The position numbers were made by a program, and so were the translations under genes. A stretch of DNA of 64,000 nucleotides from an uncultured Planctomycetota bacterium (GTDB taxonomy: Bacteria; Planctomycetota; Planctomycetia; Isosphaerales; Isosphaeraceae). Of the stretch, positions 1 through 11,225 are shown piece after piece. Where the stretch lies: contig CAVTTN010000002.1 of assembly GCA_963737655.1 (NCBI GenBank), forward strand, positions 5,152,001 through 5,216,000, in the 5' to 3' direction. Numbering within the stretch: the stretch's first letter is position 1; each line of letters starts with the position of its first letter. A model generated the notes under the pieces. That model ran no database searches. It was not told the origin of the DNA and was given only the letters and a program-made list of their open reading frames with translations.

Positions 1-350
1 AGCTTCCCGGCCGCGTCATTGGCGAACAGGAGCCGCCTCCGGGCATCGACGGCGATCACGCCCTCGGTCATCCCTCCCAGGACCGCGCCCAGGAGCTGGC
101 GGTCGGCCTCCAGGGTCGCCAGCCGGGCCTCCAGCCTCGGGGCGAACTCGTTGAACGACCGGACCAGGCGATCGAGTCGCCCGAACGGGCCGCCGCGGAT
201 CGGTCGGGCCGACCGGCCCGAGGACAGGGCCTCGACCCCTCGGAGCAGGTCCCCCAGGGCCCTCTGCCGGCCTCGGGCCCATCGCCCGGCCAGGACCGCC
301 GCCGGGACCGCCCCGATCAGGCCCAGCAGGACCATCCCTCCTGGAATCAT
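1..350 (-). CDS. PhoR-like sensor histidine kinase, N-terminal part (TM-HAMP-PAS), runs off the window start
   Basis: Not in ORF track. My translation from ATG at 350: MIPGGMVLLGLIGAVPAAVLAGRWARGRQRALGDLLRGVEALSSG...LDRLVRSFNEFAPRLEARLATLEADRQLLGAVLGGMTEGVIAVDARRRLLFANDAAGK. The LGGMTEGVIAVD...LFAN segment is a typical PAS start after a HAMP domain. Confidence 0.8.
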   Translation of the reverse strand, partial: MIPGGMVLLGLIGAVPAAVLAGRWARGRQRALGDLLRGVEALSSGRSARPIRGGPFGRLDRLVRSFNEFAPRLEARLATLEADRQLLGAVLGGMTEGVIAVDARRRLLFANDAAGK

Positions 351-440
351 CTCCGCCCCCCGGACCCACGACTCGGCTCTGGACCGGTCCATTCTGATCG
401 GCCGGACTCGGAGGAGGAAGGCCCGACCGATCTTCCCGGG

Positions 441-531
441 CCGGGCGGCATGCTCACGTCTTCGTGAACATGTTTTCAACCCTGCCGCATGACCGAGGAC
501 ATGGTCACGAACACGTGAGCATGCCACCCGG
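441..531. repeat. REPIN-like inverted doublet, GTGG family (GGGTGGCATGCTCACGTCTTCGTGAGCATG type)
   Basis: Two self-complementary arms in inverted orientation (441-473, 499-531). Same unit at 31019 and 52370. Confidence 0.85.
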
Positions 532-545
532 CCACGATAGGCCTC

Positions 546-2852
546 CTACCGATGCCGGGGGCCCTTCGGGTGGGCGACCGCCGGCTTCGCCGGATGGTGG
601 ACCTCGGCCTTCCTCGCCGGATGGGCCTGGGCCGCGACCTTCTTGCGATGCTTCGCCCTCGCGGCCTTCTTCGGGTGATGCGTCCCGCCGGTCGGCGCGA
701 CCGCGGTCGGGCTGGAGGTCGAGCCCGAGGCCGGGGCCGTCCCTCCGCTCGCGGTCGGTGAGGAGGGGGCGGGGGCCGTCGCGACCGGCCCGGGGCTCGC
801 CGCCGGGGGGGCGGGGATGACCGGCAACGGGGTCGGGATCGGCGGGATCGGCGGCGCCGGGGGAGCGGCGGCCTGGACCGTCACCGTCGTGTCGGTCGTC
901 GTGGCGTCGCCGGCCTTCGTGGCGATCGAGACGTGGACCGTGAACGTCCCGGCCGTCGCATACGTGTGCCCTCCGCTGAGGGTCAGCACGGTATGGGCCG
1001 GCGTCGGGTTCGCCGATCCGGGGGGCGAGGCCGGCACGTCCAGCAAGGCGACCCCGGCCGCCTCGACCGGCGACCCGTCGCCCCAGTCGATCGTGGCCGA
1101 GACGTCCCCCGGCGCCAGCGGAGGGTCGCTCGCCAGGACGGCCACCGGCTGACTCGGGAACGCCTGACCGACGGTCGCAACGCCCGCCAGGCCATAGAGC
1201 TTGAACGAGGGCGCCGAGGAGACCGTCACCGGGTCGCTCGTCGAGGCCGAGGCCCCCGAGACGCTGGCGATCGTCACCGTCGCGGAGTAGGAGCCGACCT
1301 TCGGGTAGGTGTGGACGCCCAGGATATTGAACGTCGGCGAGCCCGGAGGCGGGGCATTCCCCCGGCTCGGCGGGAACACCGGGATCAGGGTGGCGGGAGT
1401 GGCCGGAGAGCCGTCTCCCCAGTCGATCGAGGCCGACAGGTGCCCCACCGCCGACGGGTCCACGCCGGTCCCGACGGCCAGGAGCAGGGGCGACGAGGCC
1501 ACCGTCGCCTGCGCCGAGATCGGGGCGGACGTGAGCGACAGGGGCTCGCCCGAGACGGCGATCGTCCCGGTGGTCGAGGCCGACGAGCCGTCTTTTCCGG
1601 TCGCGGTGATCGTGATCGTGTACGAGCCGGCCTTCTCGAACGTGTGAGAACCCTGGACGACCAGTCCCGGGGGCGAATGGCTCCCCGGAGCGGCCGAAAC
1701 CGCGGCGAGCGTCCCGGCCGAGGGGGACGAGCCGTCCCCCCAGTCGATCGTCGCGGAGTAATCGCTGAGTTGCGGGCCCGATTCGGCCGTCCGGAGGGTC
1801 GCCAGGGGGGCGAAACTCGCCGCCGATTCGGCGGTCGCCGTCAGGGACGACGCGGCCGAGATCGAGATGACCCCGCTCGCCCCGAGCGCATCGGGGCCGA
1901 TCCGGTCGAACGCGCCGCCGTCGGCCAGGGGGACCCACAGGGCGCCGTCGGGGGCGAGGACGATCCCGGTCCCTCCGGTCTCCGGCAGCAGGGGCTGGAC
2001 CGAGGCCACCGAGCCGGTCGTGGCGATCCGAGCGACGAACCCGCCCGGGGCGATCCCGTAGACCGCGAGATCGGGGCCCCCGGCGAGCTGGAGAGGCGTC
2101 GGGTTCACCCCGAATTCGTCGATCTTGCCGGTCGAGGGATCGACCCGGCCGACGGTCCCCTGCGCCGGGTCGGCGAACCAGAGGCGGCCGTCGGGCGCCT
2201 GGGTGATGGAGTTGGGCCCGGAGATCCTCGCCGAGATCGGGAACCGCGTGAGGGAGCCGTCCGGGGCGATCTTGAGGATGGCCGGGACGCCCGACTCGGC
2301 CGCCCACACATCGCCGTCGGGCCCGGCGGTCATCGCGGTGACATAAGCGCCCGAGCCGCCTTCGGGGAACTCGGCCACGGTGCCATCGGGGGCGATCCGG
2401 CCGATCTGGGGAGAGGCGCCGGCCTCGGCGAACCAGACGTCGCCGTCGGGCCCGAGCGTCAGGTGATCGGGGAGGCCCGAGCCGTCCGGCAGAGGGAATT
2501 CGGTGACCTGGCCGCTGGTGGTGATCCGGCCGATCTTGCGGGCGGCCTCGGTGAACCAGAGGGCGCCGTCCCGGCCGGCGACGATCTCGCCCGGGTTCAT
2601 GCCGTCCCGGGGCAGGGCGAACTCGGTGGAGTCGCCGCCCAGGTCGATCCGGCCGATCGAGTTCTGATCGACGAACCAGATCGCGCCATCGGGCCCGATC
2701 GTCGGCGACTTCGGCCGGGCGGTGGCGGAGGCGAGCGGAAAGGTCGTGACGTCGACCGAGAGGACCACGCGAGGCTCCAGGCCGTCGGCCAGCAGACGGC
2801 GACGGCGAGGCGATCGCGGACGGAGGGCGTTCTCGCGGCGAGGGGCCGTCAT
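546..2852 (-). CDS. Secreted/surface protein: LEPR-XLL-type N-terminus, Vgb-like beta-propeller, three DWGDGS PKD/Ig-like repeats, Pro-rich and Lys/His-rich tail
   Basis: RRRR..LEPRVVLS; repeated GPDGxxWF blades; 3x IDWGDGS..HT(Y/F); C-terminal HPKGP. Start chosen at ATG 2852. Confidence 0.85.
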   Translation of the reverse strand: MTAPRRENALRPRSPRRRRLLADGLEPRVVLSVDVTTFPLASATARPKSPTIGPDGAIWFVDQNSIGRIDLGGDSTEFALPRDGMNPGEIVAGRDGALWFTEAARKIGRITTSGQVTEFPLPDGSGLPDHLTLGPDGDVWFAEAGASPQIGRIAPDGTVAEFPEGGSGAYVTAMTAGPDGDVWAAESGVPAILKIAPDGSLTRFPISARISGPNSITQAPDGRLWFADPAQGTVGRVDPSTGKIDEFGVNPTPLQLAGGPDLAVYGIAPGGFVARIATTGSVASVQPLLPETGGTGIVLAPDGALWVPLADGGAFDRIGPDALGASGVISISAASSLTATAESAASFAPLATLRTAESGPQLSDYSATIDWGDGSSPSAGTLAAVSAAPGSHSPPGLVVQGSHTFEKAGSYTITITATGKDGSSASTTGTIAVSGEPLSLTSAPISAQATVASSPLLLAVGTGVDPSAVGHLSASIDWGDGSPATPATLIPVFPPSRGNAPPPGSPTFNILGVHTYPKVGSYSATVTIASVSGASASTSDPVTVSSAPSFKLYGLAGVATVGQAFPSQPVAVLASDPPLAPGDVSATIDWGDGSPVEAAGVALLDVPASPPGSANPTPAHTVLTLSGGHTYATAGTFTVHVSIATKAGDATTTDTTVTVQAAAPPAPPIPPIPTPLPVIPAPPAASPGPVATAPAPSSPTASGGTAPASGSTSSPTAVAPTGGTHHPKKAARAKHRKKVAAQAHPARKAEVHHPAKPAVAHPKGPRHR

Positions 2853-3204
2853 GGGCGACTCCCGGAGCAGGACGAGGCGAGGTGGGGGCTCTAGCGTCCG
2901 GGCGAGATAGTTATGATGGGTAAAGTTATCAGGTGATTCCGGGGTCGTCAATTGTGCGGAAAACAATGAGATCGGAATCCGCACGCTTGCATCATTCCGC
3001 CAATCGTTCGATCCCTCGATCCGGCCCGGACCGATCGACGGTGGCGACCGTTCGACCCTGGCCCGGACCGGACCCGTTTCTGATAGAATCGGACGACGGT
3101 TCGGACGAATCGCCTCGCGGGACGAGGCGTCCCGCGCCGGAGGGCCCGCCGCGAGGGCGGCCCGCGCGGGGCGAGGCGATCGGACGAACCAGGGGGCTCC
3201 TGAC

Positions 3205-4880
3205 GTGAGCGACGGCCTGAAGCGGGTTTACGGGATCGACCTGGGGACGACCTATTCGGCGATCGCCTACGTCGACGAGCACGGCAAGCCCGTGATCGTC
3301 CCGAACCAGGAGAGCGAGCGGATCACCCCGAGCGTCGTCCTCTTCGACGGCGACAACGTGATCGTGGGCAACACGGCCAAGGAGTCCGCCAAGGTCGAGC
3401 CCCACCGCGTCGTCTCTCGCGTGAAGCAGCACATGGGCGACCCCAACTTCGTCTTCGAGCACGACGGCCAGGTCTACAGCCCCGAGGACATCTCCTCGTT
3501 CGTCCTCCGCAAGGTCGTCGGCGACGCCGAGATCGCCCTGGGCCTCGAAGCGGACGACAAGATCACCGACGTCGTGATCACCTGCCCCGCCTACTTCGGC
3601 ACCGACGAGCGCGAGGCCACCGCCAACGCCGGCCGGCTCGCCGGGCTGAACGTCCGGGCGATCCTCAACGAGCCCACCGCCGCCGCCATCGCCTACGGCC
3701 TGGAACAGGGCGAGGACCAGACCGTCCTGGTCTACGACCTCGGCGGAGGGACGTTCGACGTCACCATGATCGAGATCAAGGACCGCCTGATCCGCGTGAT
3801 TTGCACCGGAGGCGACCACCGCCTCGGAGGCGCCTGTGGGACGAGGACATCGTCGTCCACCTCGCCAGCGGCTTCAAGGCCGAGACCGGCCTGGACGCCG
3901 ACCCGATGGACGACGCCGAGGTCCTCAACGACCTCTTCTTGCAGGCCGAACGGGGCAAGAAGACGCTCACCCAGCGCGACAAGGCCCCGTTCCGCGTGAC
4001 CCACGCCGGCCAGCAGGCGCGGATCGAGCTCGACCGGCCCAAATTCGAGGAGATCACCAAACACCTCCTGGATCGCACCATCGAATTGACCCGCGAGATG
4101 CTCGCCGACGCCAGGGCCAAGGGGGCGACGAGGTTCGACAAGATCATCCTCGTCGGGGGCGCCACGAGGATGCCCCAGGTCCGCGAGCGGATCGTCCAGG
4201 AGTTCGGGATGGAACCCGAGACCTTCGACCCCGACGAGGCCGTGGCCAAGGGCGCCGCGCTGTTCGGCCTGAAAGAGGCGCTCCAGGACGAGGTCAAGGA
4301 CATCCTCACGCCCACCAACCCCCAGGCCGAGGGGGAACACGGCGAGCTCGACCTGGCCGCCGTCAGCGAGGCGGAGGTCGCCGCCGCCCTCGACAAGATC
4401 GAGCGAGAGATCGGCTTCACGCTCACGGGGCCGGTCCGCGAGCTGGTGAACACGCAGATCGTCAACGTCCTGTCCAAGAGCCTCGGGGTGGTCGCCCGGG
4501 ACGCCGGGGGCAAGGACATCATGGTCTACCTCCTGCCCCGCAACGGCGAGGTCCCGATGGAGAAGCAGACCGACTTCGGCACGGACCAGCCGAACCAGAC
4601 CGGGGTGGACATCCGCGTGATGGCCGGGGAGCGCGACAGCCCCGACCCGTCCGACTGCAAGGACGTCGGCACCGCCCAGCTCTCGCTGCCCGCCGGCCTC
4701 CCGGCCAAGAGCCCGATCCGGGTGAAGTTCGCGATCAGCCGGGACGGCCGCCTGAGCGTCACGGCCACCGACCTGACCGGAGGGGCCCAGATCGACGTCG
4801 AGTTCGAGACCGAGGCCGTCATGGGGGCCGGAGAGGTCGAGGAACGCTCCACGGCCCTGCGGTTACTCAACGTGTCTTGA
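3205..4880 (+). CDS. Hsp70 family protein (DnaK-like, non-canonical, no C-terminal lid); frameshift near 3833
   Basis: GIDLGTTYS, NEPTAAAIAYG, VYDLGGGTFD, ILVGGATRMPQV, DPDEAVAKGAA. ORFs 3205-3999 and 3801-4880 join as GGALWDE if one C is restored. Confidence 0.9.
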
Positions 4881-4920
4881 TGCGTGTTGGCTCGGATGGA
4901 TGGCATCCGTAGGTTCATCG

Positions 4921-5688
4921 ATGTCTTCATTTCTGGATCGCTACCGGGGCGGCGAGCACGAGGCCGTCTGGGCGGAGCTCATATCCCTGGGCGACGCGGT
5001 CCGGGTCGAGCCGGTCCGGGACGACGCCCTCGCCGTGGCCCGGGAGACCATGACCCGGGCCCGGCGGAACGTCGAGGTGCTGGTCGGCCGGCTGGGCGAG
5101 ATAGGCTATCAATTCCGGGCGTCGCGGGCCGCGGAGTATCGCACGCCGAAGGCGGTCAACCCGTTCACGAAGCCGCCTATGCCCGGCCTGAGCGTGCCGA
5201 TCCGCCGGGAGATGGTCTTCGGCCCGCCGGGGCCGGAGGCGGCCGGGCAAATCGCCGAGTTGGAGGGCCTGGTCGGTATCCTTCCCCTGTCGGTCCGAGC
5301 CTGGTACCGAGCTCGTCGGCGAGGTCAACCTCACGGGCTCGCACCCGAAATGGGATCTTATGTCCCTCGATCCGCTGGTCATGCCCTCGCTGGAACGGGT
5401 GCTGCGTGCCAATCGCAAGGTCGCGGCGGGCGAGGCCTCGATCCTGCTCCCGGATTACGTCACCAAGGAGGGCCTCAGCGGCGCGAGCTACTGGATCGAG
5501 TTGCCGGGAGAGGGGGCCGATGCCCCCTGGAAGGCTGGAGCGAACTGACGACGGATGTGGAGAAGGCGTCCTTTGTCGAGTACCTCCGGCTCTGCTTCCG
5601 CTTCGGCGGCTTCCCCGGATTCGCCCGCCGGACGACCCTCCGGCGACGAGACCGGGCCTTCCTGACGGACGGCCTGACGGCGATTTGA
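4921..5688 (+). CDS. Hypothetical protein, possibly SMI1/KNR4 (SUKH)-related; two compensating frameshifts (~5308, ~5525)
   Basis: MSSFLDRYRGGEHEAVWAEL...IAELEGLVGILPLSVRAWY / ELVGEVNLTGSHP...DPLVM...PDYVTKEGLSGASYWIELPGEGADAP / LEG...FVEYLRLCFRFGGFPGF. The middle segment lies in the 5360-5548 frame. Confidence 0.6.
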   Translation: MSSFLDRYRGGEHEAVWAELISLGDAVRVEPVRDDALAVARETMTRARRNVEVLVGRLGEIGYQFRASRAAEYRTPKAVNPFTKPPMPGLSVPIRREMVFGPPGPEAAGQIAELEGLVGILPLSVRAWYRARRRGQPHGLAPEMGSYVPRSAGHALAGTGAACQSQGRGGRGLDPAPGLRHQGGPQRRELLDRVAGRGGRCPLEGWSELTTDVEKASFVEYLRLCFRFGGFPGFARRTTLRRRDRAFLTDGLTAI

Positions 5689-5879
5689 AGCGACATTTTC
5701 GCCGACGATCGAAGCCGGATGGATCGTAGTTCCCAAGAATTGTCGAGGGTCCTGATCGCAAATCGTATCGACCTCATCGCAAGGGTCCGGCGACCCGGTC
5801 CTCCGTGCGACTCTCGGCCCTTGAAGGCGGGGCCGAGGCCGGCTAGCCTGGGGCCTCCATCCCCTCGCGAGGTGCCCCC

Positions 5880-7892
5880 ATGCCAGGCCTTCGGATGTTT
5901 CCCGGCGCCCTGGTCGCCTGTTGCGCGTTCGGCCCCCTCGCGCCCGCCAGGGCTGCCGAGCCCCAGAGGCTCGACTCTCCCGACGGCCGCCTGAAGGTGA
6001 CCTTCTCCCTCGACGAGAGGGGCCGACCCGGCTTCGCGGTCGCCTTCCGCGAGAAGACGATCGTGACCGGGACGCTCGGCCTCGACTTCGCCGGCTCCGG
6101 GCCCCTCCGCGAGCACTTGACTCTCGTCGGGACGCGGCGCAACTCGCGGGACGAGACCTATCCCATCCCCGTGGGCAAGGCGTCCTCGGCGCGGGACCGG
6201 CACACCGAGATGGTCGTTTCCCTGGTGGAAGGGGCCCCGCCCCGTCGCCGGCTCGATGTGGCATTCCGGGCCTTCGACGACGGCGTGGCCTTCCGCTATC
6301 TGATCCCCGAGACCGAAGGGGGCGCCTCGCTTGTCCTGACCGATGAACTTACGAGGCTGGCCTTCCCCGGCGACCCGACGGCCCGGTATCTCCCCCTGAA
6401 GAATTACACGACCTCGTATGAGAACTACTACGAATCCGCGGCGGTCTCGGCGCTGAAGCCGGGCCGCCTGATCGCCCTGCCGATCCTCCTGGAAGGCTCG
6501 GGTGGGGACGCGGGCCGGCCCTGGATCGCGGTGACCGAGGCAGGGCTGACGGACTACGCCGGGATGTATCTCTCGGCCGTCGAAGGGGAGCCGGGGACGC
6601 TCGCCTCGCGGCTCTCCCCCTTGCCGGGCCGGACCGACGGCGCGAAGGTCCTGGGCAAGGGCCCGCTCGCCTCGCCCTGGCGGGTCCTGATGGTCGCCGA
6701 CGGCCCCGGCCGCCTGATCGAATCGAACCTGGTGTTCCACCTGAGCGACCCGCCCGCGATCGCCGACACGTCCTGGATCAAGCCGGGCAAGACGACCTTC
6801 CCCTGGTGGAACGGCTACGTCTTGGAAGGGGTCGATTTCAAGCCCGGCGTGAACACCGCCACGATGAAGCATTACATCGACTTCTGTGCCGAGCGAGGCA
6901 TCCCCTACCACTCGCTCGACGGCCTGGACATCGCCTGGTATGGGGGCCCGATCGAGCCCCGAGGCCCGACCGACGTCACCCGCGCCGCCCCGTCGATCGA
7001 CATGCCCGAGCTCCTCCGTTACGCGAAGGAGAAGGGCGTCCGGCTCCGCCTCTGGATGCACTGGAAGGCCCTCAAGCCCCAGATCGACGAGGCGTTCGCG
7101 ACCTACGAGAGGTGGGGCATCGAGGGGGTCATGGTCGATTTCATGGACCGCGACGACCAGGAGATGGTCCGCTTCTATCACGAGATGGCCGAGAAGGCGG
7201 CGAAGCACCACCTGACCGTGACCCTCCACGGCGCGTACAAGCCGACCGGCATGGAACGGACCTGGCCGAACGTCCTGGCCTATGAAGGGGTGCTCAACCA
7301 GGAGTACAACAAGTGGGAATCGACCGAGGGCCGAGGCACGCCGCCCTCCCACAACCTCGACGTCGCCTTCGTGAGGATGCTTGCCGGCCCCCTGGACTAC
7401 CACCACGGCGGAATGCGGAACGTCCTGCCCGAGTCCTACCGCCCCCGCGACAAGGCGCCTCCCGTCCAGGGGACCCGCGGCCATCAACTGGCGATGTACG
7501 TCGTCTACCAGGACCACCTCCCGATGATGGCCGACTACCCGGCCGCGTACCGGGGCCAGGCGGGGCTGGACTTCCTCGTGGAGGTCCCGACGACCTGGGA
7601 CGAGACGCGCGCCCCCGTCGCCGAGTTCGGCAAGTGCCTGGTGGTCGCCCGTCGGAAGGGGGCCGACTGGTACCTCGGAGGGATGACCGCCCCCGAGGCC
7701 CGGGACCTGGTGCTGCCCCTCGACTTCCTCGGAAAAGGGATGTTCCGGGCCGACCTCTCCCTCGACGATCCGGCCGGAGGCCCGACCGCGATCGGCCGGA
7801 GCGAGCGGAAGGTCACGGCGGCCGACACCCTCCGCGTCGCCATCCCCCGGGCCGGAGGGTTCGTCGCCCGCCTACGTCGGACCGACCGCTGA
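5880..7892 (+). CDS. Glycoside hydrolase family 97 (alpha-glucosidase/alpha-galactosidase) with signal peptide
   Basis: SPDGRLKV, FRAFDDGVAFRY, SWIKPGK, KHYIDFCA, GVMVDFMDRDDQ, HGAYKPTGMERTWPN, RMLAGPLDY, VPTTWDET. Confidence 0.95.
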   Translation: MPGLRMFPGALVACCAFGPLAPARAAEPQRLDSPDGRLKVTFSLDERGRPGFAVAFREKTIVTGTLGLDFAGSGPLREHLTLVGTRRNSRDETYPIPVGKASSARDRHTEMVVSLVEGAPPRRRLDVAFRAFDDGVAFRYLIPETEGGASLVLTDELTRLAFPGDPTARYLPLKNYTTSYENYYESAAVSALKPGRLIALPILLEGSGGDAGRPWIAVTEAGLTDYAGMYLSAVEGEPGTLASRLSPLPGRTDGAKVLGKGPLASPWRVLMVADGPGRLIESNLVFHLSDPPAIADTSWIKPGKTTFPWWNGYVLEGVDFKPGVNTATMKHYIDFCAERGIPYHSLDGLDIAWYGGPIEPRGPTDVTRAAPSIDMPELLRYAKEKGVRLRLWMHWKALKPQIDEAFATYERWGIEGVMVDFMDRDDQEMVRFYHEMAEKAAKHHLTVTLHGAYKPTGMERTWPNVLAYEGVLNQEYNKWESTEGRGTPPSHNLDVAFVRMLAGPLDYHHGGMRNVLPESYRPRDKAPPVQGTRGHQLAMYVVYQDHLPMMADYPAAYRGQAGLDFLVEVPTTWDETRAPVAEFGKCLVVARRKGADWYLGGMTAPEARDLVLPLDFLGKGMFRADLSLDDPAGGPTAIGRSERKVTAADTLRVAIPRAGGFVARLRRTDR

Positions 7893-7925
7893 ATCGCAGT
7901 CGCCCCGACCCGGGCGGGCCCCCGA

Positions 7926-8396
7926 TCAGTAGGCCCCCGATCGGCCCCCTCTCTTCCACTCCTCGAACAGGGCGGCGCACTCGTCCTGGAGCAAGCCGCC
8001 CTCGACCTTCAATCGGCTCCCGCCCATCCTGGCGAGGTCGGCGGCGGGGATGGGCATCTCGGTGAATCCGGCCTTCTGGGCGTCGGCGATCGTCGCTCCG
8101 AAGACCACGCGATCGACCTTCGCCCAGTGGGTGGCCGCCAGGCACATCGGGCAGGGCTCGCAGGTGGAGTACAGGGTGCAGCCGGAGAGGTCGAAGGTCT
8201 TCAACTCGCTCGCCGCGAGCCTCAGGGCGTTGACCTCCGCGTGGGCCGTGGGGTCGCCGTCCTTCCAGACGCTGTTGTGCCTCTCGGCCACGATTTGGCC
8301 GTCCTTGACGATCACGGCGCCGAACGGGCTCTGGCCGTGGTCGATCCCCCGCCGGCAAATTTCGATGGCCCGTCTCATCGCGTCGTCGTCGTTCAT
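7926..8396 (-). CDS. guaD: Nucleoside/guanine deaminase (CDA/TadA fold)
   Basis: [33 protein letters not shown] 8396 overlaps the upstream stop (ATGA). Confidence 0.85.
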   Translation of the reverse strand: MNDDDAMRRAIEICRRGIDHGQSPFGAVIVKDGQIVAERHNSVWKDGDPTAHAEVNALRLAASELKTFDLSGCTLYSTCEPCPMCLAATHWAKVDRVVFGATIADAQKAGFTEMPIPAADLARMGGSRLKVEGGLLQDECAALFEEWKRGGRSGAY

Positions 8397-10387
8397 CGCG
8401 GAACGGCCTCCGAGACCTTCGGGGAACCGGCCCGGGGGCCGATCGCGGCGAGGATGGCGTCCACGTCGTACACGCAGCCGCCCCAGGTCCCTCCGCCGAG
8501 GCCCTGCAAGGCCGCCCACAGCCTCGTATCTTCCGGCAAATCCGGGTCCGGCGCGAGGTTCGGATGCGGTTTTCGGCCCCGGAGGGCCTCGGCGCCTCGT
8601 TCGGGGCCGAACTCCGATCCCTCGGCGCCGACGAGGTCGATCGAGCCTTCGAGGTTCACGCGATCGACGACGATCCGGATGAGGTCGCCGTCGCGGACCC
8701 GGCCGATCGGCCCCCCGGCCAGGGCTTCCGGGCCGACGTGGCCGATGCAGGCTCCCGTGGACACGCCCGAGAACCTCGCGTCCGTGACCACCGCCACGTG
8801 CTTGCCGAAGCTCAGGTGCTTCAATGCGGCCGTGATCTGATAAATCTCCTCCATCCCCGCGCCCATCGGCCCCCGGCCGATCAGGACGATCACGTCCCCG
8901 GCGCGGATCGGCCCGGGGCCCTGCCCCTTGATGGCCGCGATCACGTCCTTCTCCCGGGTGAAGACGCGGGCCGGGCCGGTCTTGCGATACACGCCGTCGT
9001 CGTCCACCACCGTGGGATCGATCGACGTGCTCTTGATCACCGAGCCGTCGGGCGCGAGGTTCCCCGTGGGGAACGTCACGGTGCTCGTCAATCCTCGTTC
9101 GCGGGCGCTGTCGGGGCCGAGGATCACGCCGTCGGGATCGACGCCATCTTGCGCGAACAGGATCTCACGGACTCGCTTCCTCCGCTCGCTGACCTGCCAG
9201 GCGTCCAGGGTCTCGGCGATCGTCGCCCCGGTCGCGGTCGTGGCCGATTCGTCGAGCAGGTTCAACGCCCTCAAGTGGAGCATGACTTCCGGGACGCCTC
9301 CGGCGAGGAAGGCGCGGACCGTGGGATGATAAACCGGCCCATTCGGCAGGACGCTGACCAGCCTCGGGACCTTCAGGTTGACCGCGTGCCAGTCGTCGCG
9401 AGTCGGGCGGCGCAACCCGGCGGCGAAGGCGATCGCCGGGACGTGCAGGAGCAGGTTCGTGGAGCCGCCGAACGCCGCGTGGACGGCCATGGCGTTGGCG
9501 ATGGAGGCGTCGGTGAGATAATCGCGAGTGGCGAGCCCCTTCCTCGCCATCCCCATCGCGGCGACGGCCGACCTCCGGGCCACGTCCTTCCAGATCGGCT
9601 GGCCGGAGGGGGCGAGCGCGGCGTGGGGGACCGTCATCCCCAGCGCCTCGGCCACGACCTGCGCCGTGGCGGCCGTCCCCAGGAACTGGCAGCCGCCTCC
9701 GGGGCTGCCGCACGCCCGGCAGCCGAGGTCGGCCGCTTCCTGCAAGGTCAATTCGCCGTGGGCGTACCGGGCCCCGATCGACTGGACCTTGCCGGCGTCC
9801 TCGCCTTGAGCCGGGGGCAGGGTCACGCCCCCGGGGACGATCACCCCGGGCAAATCCTTCGCCCCGGCCAGGGCGAGCATCATCGCCGGCAGGCCCTTGT
9901 CGCAGGTCGCCACGCCGACAATGCCCTTTCGCCTCGGGAGCGACCGGATCAGGCGGCGGAAGACGATGGCGGCGTCGTTGCGATAGGGCAGGCTGTCCAT
10001 CATCCCGGTCGTGCCCTGGGTCCGGCCGTCGCACGGGTCGGAGACATATGCCGCGAACGGGACGGCCCCGGCCGACCGGATCGCCTCGGCGGCCTCGCGA
10101 ACCAGGAGGCCGACCTCCCAGTGCCCGGTGTGGTAGCCCAGGGCGATCGGCGAGCCGTCGGCGTCTCGCAGGCCGCCCTGGGTCGAGAGGATCAGGAACG
10201 GGTCGCGATCGACCGAGGCCGACGGCCAGCCCATCCCGGCGTTCTGGGTGAGGCCGAAGAGGTCGCCCGAGGGCCAGTCGCGGAGCATCGCATCGGTCAG
10301 GGGGAGCGAGCCCGAGGGGCCCTCGCCGCTCGTCCGGATGGCGAAGAGGTCCGGGTCCGCCTCGTGGTCGAACAGGGGGTCGGGCAT
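8393..10387 (-). CDS. YjhG/YagF-family D-xylonate dehydratase (IlvD/Edd family)
   Basis: [76 protein letters not shown]. Confidence 0.93.
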   Translation of the reverse strand: MPDPLFDHEADPDLFAIRTSGEGPSGSLPLTDAMLRDWPSGDLFGLTQNAGMGWPSASVDRDPFLILSTQGGLRDADGSPIALGYHTGHWEVGLLVREAAEAIRSAGAVPFAAYVSDPCDGRTQGTTGMMDSLPYRNDAAIVFRRLIRSLPRRKGIVGVATCDKGLPAMMLALAGAKDLPGVIVPGGVTLPPAQGEDAGKVQSIGARYAHGELTLQEAADLGCRACGSPGGGCQFLGTAATAQVVAEALGMTVPHAALAPSGQPIWKDVARRSAVAAMGMARKGLATRDYLTDASIANAMAVHAAFGGSTNLLLHVPAIAFAAGLRRPTRDDWHAVNLKVPRLVSVLPNGPVYHPTVRAFLAGGVPEVMLHLRALNLLDESATTATGATIAETLDAWQVSERRKRVREILFAQDGVDPDGVILGPDSARERGLTSTVTFPTGNLAPDGSVIKSTSIDPTVVDDDGVYRKTGPARVFTREKDVIAAIKGQGPGPIRAGDVIVLIGRGPMGAGMEEIYQITAALKHLSFGKHVAVVTDARFSGVSTGACIGHVGPEALAGGPIGRVRDGDLIRIVVDRVNLEGSIDLVGAEGSEFGPERGAEALRGRKPHPNLAPDPDLPEDTRLWAALQGLGGGTWGGCVYDVDAILAAIGPRAGSPKVSEAVPR

Positions 10388-10540
10388 GGGGGGAGGTCTC
10401 GGGCGGACGGATCACGGGGGATTTCGGCACCATCCTACCAATTCCCGGGGGCCTCGGGCGAACATCCGGGGACGGTTCGGCGTCCGTTCCCCAGATCGGC
10501 GAATCCCCCGGGCCGAGTTTTTTCGGAAGGAGAGACGGCC

Positions 10541-11119
10541 ATGCCCCGGCTCGAATATCTCGACGGCCAGAAGGTCTTCGCGATCCATGAGTTCCTCTCG
10601 AAGGACGAATGCGACGTCCTGATCGCGGATAGCGAACGGATAGGCTATTCATCCGCCCCGATCTCGACGTCCGGCGGCGAGGTGATGGCGCCCGAGATCC
10701 GCAACAACGCCCGGGCGATGATCGACGACCCCGAGCGGGCCTCCTCGCTCTGGGAGAAGGCCCGTCCGTTCCTCCCCGAGGTCCTCCACTCGCAGGGCCT
10801 GGACTGGTCGGCCGCGGGCCTGAACGAGCGGCTGAGGTTCTATCGCTATTCCGAGGCCCAGCAGTTCCGCCCCCACTTCGACGGCGCGTTCGCCCGGGCC
10901 GACGGCGAACGAAGCCACCTGACGTTCATGATCTACCTGAACGACGGCTGCGAAGGCGGCCAGACGCGGTTCTACGGGCCGAAGATGGTCCCTACGCTGG
11001 ACGTGTATCCCGAGACGGGCAAGGCGCTGGTGTTCCTCCACCACGTCCTCCACGAAGGGGCGCCGGTCCGATCGGGGCACAAGTACGTCCTGAGGACCGA
11101 CGTGATGTATCGGGCGTGA
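10541..11119 (+). CDS. 2OG-Fe(II) oxygenase (prolyl-4-hydroxylase-like)
   Basis: GLNERLRFYRY, FRPHFDG (HxD), TFMIYLN, GGQTRF, LHEG, KYVLRTDVMY. AGGAG RBS precedes ATG 10541. Confidence 0.92.
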   Translation: MPRLEYLDGQKVFAIHEFLSKDECDVLIADSERIGYSSAPISTSGGEVMAPEIRNNARAMIDDPERASSLWEKARPFLPEVLHSQGLDWSAAGLNERLRFYRYSEAQQFRPHFDGAFARADGERSHLTFMIYLNDGCEGGQTRFYGPKMVPTLDVYPETGKALVFLHHVLHEGAPVRSGHKYVLRTDVMYRA

Positions 11120-11225
11120 GCGGGCTCGCCGGCCGACGGCGGGCACTCCCCTTGGCAATCACGTCGGGATCTGTTACGAATAACGGGCCAGCAGGGAACG
11201 CGCACGCAACCGGAGGAGCCGACCC

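Noticed and set aside
8564..11119. 851-aa ORF, likewise the long N-terminal extensions on rho, the S1C protease and GNAT
   Set aside because: Only the C-terminal part is protein-like; better starts with RBS or family-typical N-termini lie downstream.
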